IMG/VR virus record: IMGVR_UViG_3300031975_000839
Origin: an uncultured virus (IMG/VR IMGVR_UViG_3300031975_000839)
Taxonomy: Duplodnaviria; Heunggongvirae; Uroviricota; Caudoviricetes
Direction: 5' to 3' (one strand)
DNA length: 64,000 bases
The notes under the pieces are model-generated. The model had not been told where the DNA came from and ran no database searches. It saw only the letters and a list, made by a program, of their open reading frames with translations. Shown in pieces: positions 47,325 to 56,195 of this stretch. Each line of letters begins with the position of its first letter. Within the stretch, counting starts at the first letter, position 1. The translations under genes were made by a program, and so were the position numbers.

Positions 47325-50300
47325 CTATGTTGCCAATGCAATTGCTCTTAAATCTTTAATTCTTGGTGGATTAGCTGCATCTGTTCCTTGCATAACAATC
47401 TTAATTTGAAAAGATATGAACTCATCAAGTGCATCACCAATACCATCATCTTTAATCCCAGCAGAGAATGAATACTCTTGGAAATCATCCTTACCTAAAG
47501 AATTTGGTGGAACTGTGTCTGCAAGTCCAGTATCATTAAAGAATGTATATCCTAATTCATCAAGACTAGATGTATCATCAGTTCTTAATATTTTGAACAA
47601 TACTTTTATCTCCGAAGTATTTACTTTATTTGCAGAGAAAAACACTCTTAATGCAGTAGCAGGATTTTCTAGCTGAACTGATTTTGTTATATAAATTGCA
47701 GAATTATTATCACCATCAGGCTCGGTAGACGGAGCATAATCTGAGGTAGGATAAACATCTGATGAACTATCTATGTTATCTAATCTATTTGCAACTAAAA
47801 CAGTAGATGCTCTATCTAAATCAATTACTGGTGAAACATTAGAGTTTGTAGTATTAAGTGTAAGTATAGTTTCTAGCGACTTAACCGAACTCATTTCATT
47901 TGCCTCATTAATATTTGATGCAACCATTTTACTTATATCATGTTCAAAGTTTTCACCAATCGGTACAAAAGTATTAGTAGTTTCTTTTGTAAATGAAGTT
48001 TCTGTTCCAGATGGACTTGTTGCAGTTGTTCCTTTTATAGCTGCAGTTATAACAGTATCCTCAACTTCCATAGTATTTAAAACAGTTTTAGTAAGCTCAT
48101 ATCTATAATTTTCAGATGCATAAACATTTATTCCACCGACTTCTGTATCAGTAGATGCACCAGTTACTGATGCAGATGTTGATAATGCAATTGTATATGA
48201 ATCCATCTGTATGTTTGCAATAGCAGTATGAGTTTTATTAATCTCTGTAAGTGGAACACTATTAATCATATATAACTCAATTGTTGCATCATCTGAGTGT
48301 GCAACAGCTGTTGAGCCACCTTGCCCTCTGGTAATACTTGATAATGTTGTTCCAGATATTGTTCCAGACATTATTTCGTTACTAATTTTAATATGAACTG
48401 TTCCTGAACTTGGAAAATTAGTTGATGATGTTAGAGTTAAAGTTGTTGCAGTATCAGTTATTGCACCATCTAATGTTGTTGATATTCCAGATGTAACACC
48501 AGTAATTGTTACATTATTAGATGTGCTGTACATTCCATGATCTCTATGCTTTACTTTTGCAACAGCAGAACTATTAGTTAAAATAATTGGATTTGAAAGT
48601 AATCTTGCACCATAAACAGTTGAACCAATTTCATTTGTAACTGCCTGTCCAATAATATCATTTTGTAATGTGACTGTTCCAGGCGTTGTTGAGAAATTAG
48701 CTGCATGTAAAGTAAACTTCATGTCTTGAGATTGAACTGCATCCCAAGTTGTATTATTCTGTGATTTAAACAATGAACCTAAATGTGGTTGTGTTGATAT
48801 TAAACGATTAGAGCCAGACACATCTTTTTCACCCATTTGTGCAATCCACAATTTGTAATCTAAACTATTTGACATTACAACAAAACAATATTCTGTTCCC
48901 TCTTGTATATAAACTGGAGAATCAAAAGTAAATGTGGTTACAGCAAGTCCATTGTCTGGATCTAAAGTAACATCTGATGGCTCTAAAACTTTTCTACCAA
49001 ATGGTAACAGTTTAGGGCCTGGATAACCATTGATAACATTTCTTACTTCTACCCAAACTGGTAAATCGTTATCTTTTTCAGAGAAAAATAAATCTAGTTT
49101 TGTTAAGAAAGAGCCACCTCTTTTATATGTGATAAATGTTTGTGCAAGTGGATCACCACCTTTATTGTGTACAACAATAAATTCATCATGCTCTTTCATT
49201 TTAACCATGTAAGTATGATTACCAGTTAAAACAAAGTTATATAATTGTAAATCTCTTTTATCTTCTAGGTACTCTATGGAAGTAACTTCAATAGTTTTAT
49301 CTCCCTCACCAATTAACATATCACCAATTTCTAAAGTTTTTAACTCTATTTTATTTCTATCTAAAACACCTTTATGAATAATTTTAGACTTTTCAGCATT
49401 TGGTGCTTTCCACCCATCTGTTGTTAAAAACATATGGTCTTCAGATGCATCATATCCACCATTATTTAAACTTACCATTCTTAAAGGAGTTTCTATTGCA
49501 ATATCGTCATCACCTAAAAGTGGCCTATGGAATTGTAAAACTTCATTAATCATTCCATCTTGTCCAACAAGTTTATCACCTATTTCTACATCCTCAATAT
49601 TCTTTTCAATTCCACCCTCTAGTAAAACTTTTGTTTCACCTCTAAAGCATCTATTATGAACTAGCCAACCATTTGCATAATATGTTTTATCCCCATCAAG
49701 AGAAAAATTGTAAACTGGTGTATCACTATCAACATCTTTTGTTTGAATAGAATTAACAACCACAGAATTACCATCGTGAGTTACAATTTCATCACCAAGT
49801 TTAAACTCCGTTGTATTAAGTTCTTTATACCATGGCTTATCATTTGCCATTTCTGGATTAACAACTTTCCACCCATTGTTTGTCATTATAGGGTGGTCTT
49901 CTGTAAAGAAAAATTCACCATCATTAATAGATACTAATTTTCTTCCATCAGCAATTGCATGCTGTAAATGTATTACTGTATTATAAGAACCTTTTGAATT
50001 TAAAACTCTATCACCAACAACAATATGTTCAATATCTTTATAATCACCATTTTCAAGTAACACTTTTGTTCCAGCAATAAAACAAATTGATGCAGGCCTA
50101 TTTTCTCTAATTGTACTTGTTGATGTAAATTTACTTGTTGTTTGGTTTACTGATGTTTGAACAACTCTCGCATTTCTAGTTGAGATAATTGTTTCTTGCT
50201 CAGTTTCTATTACACCCTTTGCAGTATATATTTCTTGTCCGGCTGTTAAAGGTAGTGTTGACCTATCGTCAGTTGAGCTTGATGTTAATCTAAATTCTAC

Positions 50301-53300
50301 ATCACCTGATTTAAATTTAGGCACAGCTTGTTGCCCTGCAAATCTATATTCTGGTATTCTAAATGTAAACTCTACTTTACCAGCACCATTTGTAACTAAT
50401 GCACTACCCTCAACTGGATTATTACTATCAGAAAATTCTGATGAAGATGGAGTAATGAACTGACTAACAGCTGTTCTATCAAAGTATGCATAAAGTCTAG
50501 TTCCTGGCCTAAAACATTCACCAGTTATAGTAATAGTTCTTGGGCGAACAAATGGAATTAATGCTCTTGATATAATTCTTTTACCTTGAGATTCATGCTC
50601 AACATGTTCAACAACTGATGTTCTTACACCAGTTCTTTTTAAATCTGTTCTTGATGTTGTAGTCGTTCTAGTGCCTGATCGCACACTTGGAACTTGTTGA
50701 CCCCAACGACCAGTTGTTGTAGTTCTTACACTTGTTCTTTCAGTTTTTGTGCTAACAACACCAGACCATTGTGTTTCCCAATTGTTCCAAACTGTTCCTA
50801 AAGCTCCAGAGTTTTTTAGTGCATTTTTAACGCTGTCAAAGTTACCCTCACGATTAATTATAAGTGCTGGTGCTTCTTCGGTTTCAAACCATTCATCACC
50901 ACTTGGTGATAGTGTTATTTTACCAACCCATTCTTGTATCAAATAAGTTTGAACATTTTCAACTCTTGTTGCATACGGCTGTTTAATTAATTCCTCATGC
51001 GTGTAAGGTAAAGTCAATAAATCACCAGTTTTTTGATAACCAGCAGATGCTCTTGCAGTGTCTGTAGTTGCAAGCTCAGTAAGTGAAGAATTTCTCATTA
51101 CACAAATTGGACGAGCTTCATTCTCCTCCATATCAATTGCAATTTTATAATCCTTATTTAAAGTATCACCAACTTTATGCCCAGAAAAATTATCTACAAT
51201 GAAACCAGATTTAAATCTGTCTAATCCATTTGCATCTTGAATCTGGAATGATTCTGCATCTCTTTCTAATAAATTAAGTGCAGTATAAAATTCTAAATTT
51301 TCTATTCTTTCTTGTAATCTACCAATATCTCTCATGGTAAATCTTTGTGTTTTATACCTTTGTATTTTCATTCCATTTGCAACTTCTGTAAATGCTGGAA
51401 TGTAAATAGTTGCAAGTTTCATTGCATTGTCTATATCTTTTGGCTCTGTTGGATCTTCAGCAGATACACCCTCTACTACTTTAAATTCACCATCTGGTAG
51501 TAAAAATACTGATGCAAATTTATTAAGAAAAAATTCAAAATCATTTGTCATTGCAGCACCAGGCTGTGGTGTATCAACGACAACTGCACCAGTTGAATCA
51601 AATGTTCTATTTGTGTGATTAAATGAATTTCCTGTGATTTCATCAACTGCTGTAATTACAGTTGACGCACCAGTTACATTTGAAACAGTAGGCCTAAAGT
51701 CTACACTATTTCTAAGTTCAAATGAACCTGATGGCTCTGGATCGTCTGGGTCAATTTTTGTCGCACTATAGTCTGGTATATCTGCATAATTCATTTGCCC
51801 AGAAACAGAGGAATAAGAATCAACAGAGAAAAAGTCTCCAGCACCATGCTCAAAAAAGTCATAAACAATTAACAGTCTACCTCTTGGAGCTGCAACGCCA
51901 GGTTTTCTAACTAATCTTGAAATATCGTAATAAGTATCTCTTTGTCCATTGTCTAATGTAAAGTTACTTGTAATCACTTTACTACCAGCAGTAACACCAC
52001 CAGTATCAATTGTTGCAGTTGCACCTGAGTGAACACCAGTAATTGTTTCACCAGCAATGAAATCAGTCGCACCAAATCCACCAATTAAAACATATTGCAA
52101 TGGACTTGCAGTTGTGATTAATCTACCTTTAGCACCAGATGTTCCACCAGTAATTCTTTCACCTCTTTCAAATACACCAGTTGCAGAAGATATAGTAAGT
52201 GTTGGTGCAGTTGCGTCTGTAGAAGTATCCTCTGAATCAAATACTGCATTGAGTCTGAATACATCTGCACGGCCAAAAGAAATAGTTTTATCTGCTGGCC
52301 TTGTTCCAAATGCATCTGTAGCACCAGTAGTAACTTTCAATTGCTTCATCAATTGAGTAGTTTTAATCTTTGGTTGCTGTGCAGATTTTGTAAGTGTTGC
52401 TAAAACTTTAACTTTTGCACCAGATCCAAATACAGTATTATCTGTAATTGTAAGTGTTTGTGTTCCAGTTCCAGAAGTATTACCACTTGCAGAAACTATA
52501 TCACCAGCTGCACCACTACCAGTTCCAGCTGTAATAATTGAAACAAGGTAATCTTTTTCTGCAAAAGTAACAAATGTTTCATTTGTTCCAGCACTTAAAG
52601 TTACAACACCAGATGCGTTTGATGTTGCGACAAATTGTGTTCTTGCATTAAATGATGTATCACTTGCACCACTGTTTGATTCTGTTTTAAGTGTCTTAAT
52701 TGGTTCTTTAGGTAATTTGAATACTGCAATAGATTTTTCTGAATCTCTTACTTTAGCTTCTTCTTGAACTTCTAGTCCAACTGCAAAACCTTGAGCATCT
52801 GTATTACCTGTTTCAAAAACTATACGATCAACTGGGTCAGCATCATTATTAAATCCACCACCTCTAAACACTGCATCATCATCTGTTCTTTCTAAAAGAA
52901 TGTCAGCTGAAAAGTTTGTAGTAGTTGAACCACCTTGTATTTGTCTTGCTTCTCTTAATTGATTTGTTTCTATGGAAACAATTGTTAAATCTGTATCAGT
53001 AGCATCTTCTACAATTAAATCTGTTTCAGATGAATCTGATGCTTTGATTTTTTCTCCAGCTGAAAATTTACCTACAACTTGAGTTAATATAACTTTATCT
53101 CCAGATGTTCCAGTTGGGAATACAAATCCTGTCGCACCAGAAGTGTTGCCTGTAACTTGAACACCACCATTAGAATGATTTGCAAGTAAAGTTGCACTTG
53201 GAGTTCCAGACATTGTTAATGTCGTAAACATTTGAGTATCAAATACTGACAACTTATAAACTGATTCTGTATTTGAACTTGTTGCGCCTGGAGTTTGTCC

Positions 53301-54659
53301 TTGCTCAAATTCCATGAAACGAGCTCGTGTGACACCAATTTGCCTACCAGCACTAGAACCTCTAGTTGTTGTTCTTTCTGTAAATAAGCCTATTTGACTA
53401 TAGGGTGTTGTTTCACCTGAAATATTAGATATATCTGGAGTACCAAATACATTTGTAAGTCTAAGTGTATTACCAACTTCTAAGTTTGTAACACCAGCAT
53501 TAATTGTTTGAAAATCTCTTGCTTTATCTATGTCTATGAGTTTTGTTGCAATTTGCTCAACTTCGTAACCTTTTACATATGCTTTTCCTGGCGATACTGA
53601 AAGTGTAAATAAAGATTCTGACGCAGTATTACCATCATTAGTTGTTGCACCAGCAGTATAAGTTCCAGTAAAATCTTGCCCCTTAACTGTTGTGTCAACA
53701 CTTTCTTTTGCATCAAAAATAAAAGGAACTACTGTATAATCTCCAGATTCATCAAATGTTCTTCTTGCAAGAGTATCACCTAAAACTGAATATTCAGTTG
53801 CTTGAACATGAGAAACTATAACTCCGTTATCTATTCTCATTAACTCTATAAAATTTGTATCAGCGGTAGAGTCAAAGTCTAACTTTGAAAGTGTTAATGA
53901 TACTTTTAATCTATGAGCTCCTTTAGCTGCATAGTTTGATGAGCCAGTTGCATTGTCTGTAAGAGTTGCATCTATCTCTGGTGTAATAAGTTCCTCTGTA
54001 ACTGTAAAACCAATTCTTGCAGTTTCTGTTGTTGAATTAACACTCAATGGTAAAGTTTGCTCTGCACATTGTACAAACTGCCCTCGTATAAAATAAATTC
54101 CTTTGTCTACTTTTACTGATGAACCAGTCTGTGATGCGTTAGATGAAAAAGTTGTTCCAGATGCAACACCAGAACCATATGTCGTTGTGTGTGTTACACT
54201 TGCATCAGCAGTAATATTTTCACTATTTGAAAAGACTCCAGAAGTTAAATCTGTTCCAGTCTGTATATAATAGATGTATAAAATTGGTTGTGTTGTAGTA
54301 GTTGCAGCTTGAAATCCAATTACCTTTGCTTTAACACCAGAAGTTACGCCTGTAATTATTACTGGTGTAGTTGCATTATAAAATGATTCTGGTTTAATTG
54401 TTTCACCAGCAAATGTTGACTCTAATTGTAATGTATCAAATCTATCAGAGTAGGATACTTGGCCAGGTATGACCATTGCACCCTCTTTAAACATATGATT
54501 ACCATGTCTTTCAACTTGATTTTGAAGTATGGATTGAAGTTGTGTTAATTCTCTTGCCTGAACTGCATATCCAGGCCTAAAAAGAATACGATGAAATAAA
54601 TCGTCTTGGTCAAAATCGTCATAATAAGGTACTACATTTAAATCGGTAATTTGTGGCAT
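47325..54659 (-). CDS. VrlC/DUF4815-like large virion structural protein containing two tandem Hint domains
   Basis: PYYDDF...FRPG.AVQARELTQLQSILQNQ, ARRTFDESGDY, DRFKSGFIVDNF, DPLAQTF. Confidence 0.85.
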   Translation of the reverse strand: MPQITDLNVVPYYDDFDQDDLFHRILFRPGYAVQARELTQLQSILQNQVERHGNHMFKEGAMVIPGQVSYSDRFDTLQLESTFAGETIKPESFYNATTPVIITGVTSGVKAKVIGFQAATTTTQPILYIYYIQTGTDLTSGVFSNSENITADASVTHTTTYGSGVASGTTFSSNASQTGSSVKVDKGIYFIRGQFVQCAEQTLPLSVNSTTETARIGFTVTEELITPEIDATLTDNATGSSNYAAKGAHRLKVSLTLSKLDFDSTADTNFIELMRIDNGVIVSHVQATEYSVLGDTLARRTFDESGDYTVVPFIFDAKESVDTTVKGQDFTGTYTAGATTNDGNTASESLFTLSVSPGKAYVKGYEVEQIATKLIDIDKARDFQTINAGVTNLEVGNTLRLTNVFGTPDISNISGETTPYSQIGLFTERTTTRGSSAGRQIGVTRARFMEFEQGQTPGATSSNTESVYKLSVFDTQMFTTLTMSGTPSATLLANHSNGGVQVTGNTSGATGFVFPTGTSGDKVILTQVVGKFSAGEKIKASDSSETDLIVEDATDTDLTIVSIETNQLREARQIQGGSTTTNFSADILLERTDDDAVFRGGGFNNDADPVDRIVFETGNTDAQGFAVGLEVQEEAKVRDSEKSIAVFKLPKEPIKTLKTESNSGASDTSFNARTQFVATSNASGVVTLSAGTNETFVTFAEKDYLVSIITAGTGSGAAGDIVSASGNTSGTGTQTLTITDNTVFGSGAKVKVLATLTKSAQQPKIKTTQLMKQLKVTTGATDAFGTRPADKTISFGRADVFRLNAVFDSEDTSTDATAPTLTISSATGVFERGERITGGTSGAKGRLITTASPLQYVLIGGFGATDFIAGETITGVHSGATATIDTGGVTAGSKVITSNFTLDNGQRDTYYDISRLVRKPGVAAPRGRLLIVYDFFEHGAGDFFSVDSYSSVSGQMNYADIPDYSATKIDPDDPEPSGSFELRNSVDFRPTVSNVTGASTVITAVDEITGNSFNHTNRTFDSTGAVVVDTPQPGAAMTNDFEFFLNKFASVFLLPDGEFKVVEGVSAEDPTEPKDIDNAMKLATIYIPAFTEVANGMKIQRYKTQRFTMRDIGRLQERIENLEFYTALNLLERDAESFQIQDANGLDRFKSGFIVDNFSGHKVGDTLNKDYKIAIDMEENEARPICVMRNSSLTELATTDTARASAGYQKTGDLLTLPYTHEELIKQPYATRVENVQTYLIQEWVGKITLSPSGDEWFETEEAPALIINREGNFDSVKNALKNSGALGTVWNNWETQWSGVVSTKTERTSVRTTTTGRWGQQVPSVRSGTRTTTTSRTDLKRTGVRTSVVEHVEHESQGKRIISRALIPFVRPRTITITGECFRPGTRLYAYFDRTAVSQFITPSSSEFSDSNNPVEGSALVTNGAGKVEFTFRIPEYRFAGQQAVPKFKSGDVEFRLTSSSTDDRSTLPLTAGQEIYTAKGVIETEQETIISTRNARVVQTSVNQTTSKFTSTSTIRENRPASICFIAGTKVLLENGDYKDIEHIVVGDRVLNSKGSYNTVIHLQHAIADGRKLVSINDGEFFFTEDHPIMTNNGWKVVNPEMANDKPWYKELNTTEFKLGDEIVTHDGNSVVVNSIQTKDVDSDTPVYNFSLDGDKTYYANGWLVHNRCFRGETKVLLEGGIEKNIEDVEIGDKLVGQDGMINEVLQFHRPLLGDDDIAIETPLRMVSLNNGGYDASEDHMFLTTDGWKAPNAEKSKIIHKGVLDRNKIELKTLEIGDMLIGEGDKTIEVTSIEYLEDKRDLQLYNFVLTGNHTYMVKMKEHDEFIVVHNKGGDPLAQTFITYKRGGSFLTKLDLFFSEKDNDLPVWVEVRNVINGYPGPKLLPFGRKVLEPSDVTLDPDNGLAVTTFTFDSPVYIQEGTEYCFVVMSNSLDYKLWIAQMGEKDVSGSNRLISTQPHLGSLFKSQNNTTWDAVQSQDMKFTLHAANFSTTPGTVTLQNDIIGQAVTNEIGSTVYGARLLSNPIILTNSSAVAKVKHRDHGMYSTSNNVTITGVTSGISTTLDGAITDTATTLTLTSSTNFPSSGTVHIKISNEIMSGTISGTTLSSITRGQGGSTAVAHSDDATIELYMINSVPLTEINKTHTAIANIQMDSYTIALSTSASVTGASTDTEVGGINVYASENYRYELTKTVLNTMEVEDTVITAAIKGTTATSPSGTETSFTKETTNTFVPIGENFEHDISKMVASNINEANEMSSVKSLETILTLNTTNSNVSPVIDLDRASTVLVANRLDNIDSSSDVYPTSDYAPSTEPDGDNNSAIYITKSVQLENPATALRVFFSANKVNTSEIKVLFKILRTDDTSSLDELGYTFFNDTGLADTVPPNSLGKDDFQEYSFSAGIKDDGIGDALDEFISFQIKIVMQGTDAANPPRIKDLRAIALAT
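49164..49649 (-). mobile_element. Hint (intein-like) domain 2, 162 aa, no homing endonuclease
   Basis: CFRGETKV...ASEDHMF...LYNFVL...IVVHN, followed by Lys. Confidence 0.85.
49653..50084 (-). mobile_element. Hint (intein-like) domain 1, 144 aa, no homing endonuclease
   Basis: CFIAGTKV...FTEDHP...VYNFSL...NGWLVHN, followed by Arg. Confidence 0.85.
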
Positions 54660-54661
54660 AT

Positions 54662-56161
54662 TTAAAACTCTATAATTAATTTAATATCTTCGGTTTGATC
54701 CGAATCTCGTTGAATTGGTTTTCTATTTTCTAAGTAGACAATGTTTCCACTATCTGGTTGTAACTCTGGATTTGCATATCCTGATGTTAAGGTTAATGTG
54801 TTATTATTTGCAAGTGTTACTGTCTCTGTTGTTCCTGATGTTGTTCCAGTTGCACCAGATGTTCCACCAGTTATTTGGTTTGCTCCACTAAATACAGTCA
54901 GTCCACTATTTGTAGCACTAGTTCCAAATCCAGAAAATCTCTCTTGTTGAAAATATAAAAGTTTGAGTGTGCTATCCCACTCTACCACTTTACCTACTGC
55001 TCCTGTAGTTGCTTGAGTAATTTGTTCGTCTGCCTCAAATGTTCCACTGTTGGTATCAAGTTTAACAACAAAGGTTTGTCTTGCAGTTGTAGAAGATGCA
55101 ATGGTAGAAGTTCCATATGTTGTTGGGTCTACCACAAGTCCTACTTGCCTGAAATCATTTTGAGTCGTTACATCGTCACCCTCTGCTTGTGTAAGTGTTA
55201 CTGCACTCATTACAAAGTGTCCACCTAACTCCCCAATCGCATCATTACCATGCCCACCCTTTGGACTGATGACGACATTAATTGCACCACCAGTTCCACT
55301 ACCTAAAGTAGATGATGTTGACAAAGAAGCATCAGAAAAAATAAAATCATCACCAAGATTGACTGTTCCAAAAGTATATCCAGCTCCACCAGCGTGAATT
55401 GTTGTATCTGTTCCAGCAGTCAATCCAAAAGATGCAATTGCACCACTTGAAACAGTAATTCTAACTATTGCACCAGATGATGTTCCTTGACTTGTTCCAT
55501 CACCAAACACAGCTGCATAGTATGTTCCGTCTGTATATCCAGAGCCAGCAGTTACAACTAATGATTCTATTTTACCATCTGTTGCAGCTGCAGCTACAGT
55601 TGTATCATTAGAAACAGGCATATAATCAGTGGTTAAATATTTTGCAGCTTCAGATGCAGTTATGGAATACATATATTTAAGAACATAACCACCTGAAGCA
55701 AATGGTGAGGTTGATTCTGATGTCGGTTCAGCACCAGAAAATGCAGCTCCACCATTATTATCTAAAACTTTGTAAACTCTATGGTCAGAAGTCATAAAGA
55801 AAAATGTTGAATCATATAAATTTGATGCACCAGAAGATGAGGTGTTTGAAGAACTTATGTTATGCTCATACATGTCATAAATTGTTCCGTTTACCCAATT
55901 TCTTCTTGGTAATGCATAGGTAATATCTGTTGATGCGATTTTTTTTGCAGCTAACATAGAATCCCATGCATAAAATTCTGTTTCTCCTACTGCATCAGCA
56001 GGAGTTGGTGGAGAACTGTCACTACCAGTTGTAGTTGCAGTTGTAAATGCAGTTGCTTTTCCTATGAAAAGATAATATGTTGATGCAGATGCTTCTGTGA
56101 AAGATTCAAAGAATTGATCTGCGTTGTGTTGCCTAAATTTTTCTGTTATAATTGCCGACAT
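54662..56161 (-). CDS. gp8: Baseplate wedge subunit
   Basis: MSAIITEKFR, YDMY, VYKVLDN, KYMY, FRQVGLVVDP, QTEDIKLIIEF. Confidence 0.88.
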   Translation of the reverse strand: MSAIITEKFRQHNADQFFESFTEASASTYYLFIGKATAFTTATTTGSDSSPPTPADAVGETEFYAWDSMLAAKKIASTDITYALPRRNWVNGTIYDMYEHNISSSNTSSSGASNLYDSTFFFMTSDHRVYKVLDNNGGAAFSGAEPTSESTSPFASGGYVLKYMYSITASEAAKYLTTDYMPVSNDTTVAAAATDGKIESLVVTAGSGYTDGTYYAAVFGDGTSQGTSSGAIVRITVSSGAIASFGLTAGTDTTIHAGGAGYTFGTVNLGDDFIFSDASLSTSSTLGSGTGGAINVVISPKGGHGNDAIGELGGHFVMSAVTLTQAEGDDVTTQNDFRQVGLVVDPTTYGTSTIASSTTARQTFVVKLDTNSGTFEADEQITQATTGAVGKVVEWDSTLKLLYFQQERFSGFGTSATNSGLTVFSGANQITGGTSGATGTTSGTTETVTLANNNTLTLTSGYANPELQPDSGNIVYLENRKPIQRDSDQTEDIKLIIEF

Positions 56162-56180
56162 AGTTTAAAACCCTTTAGTT

Positions 56181-56188
56181 TATTTATA
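56181..56188 (-). promoter_or_regulatory. Late promoter TATAAATA
   Basis: Exact motif upstream of gp8. Confidence 0.75.
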
Positions 56189-56195
56189 CAATAAT

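Noticed and set aside
49164..50084. Canonical mobile inteins
   Set aside because: No homing endonuclease and no Cys/Ser/Thr at +1; treated as Hint autoprocessing domains
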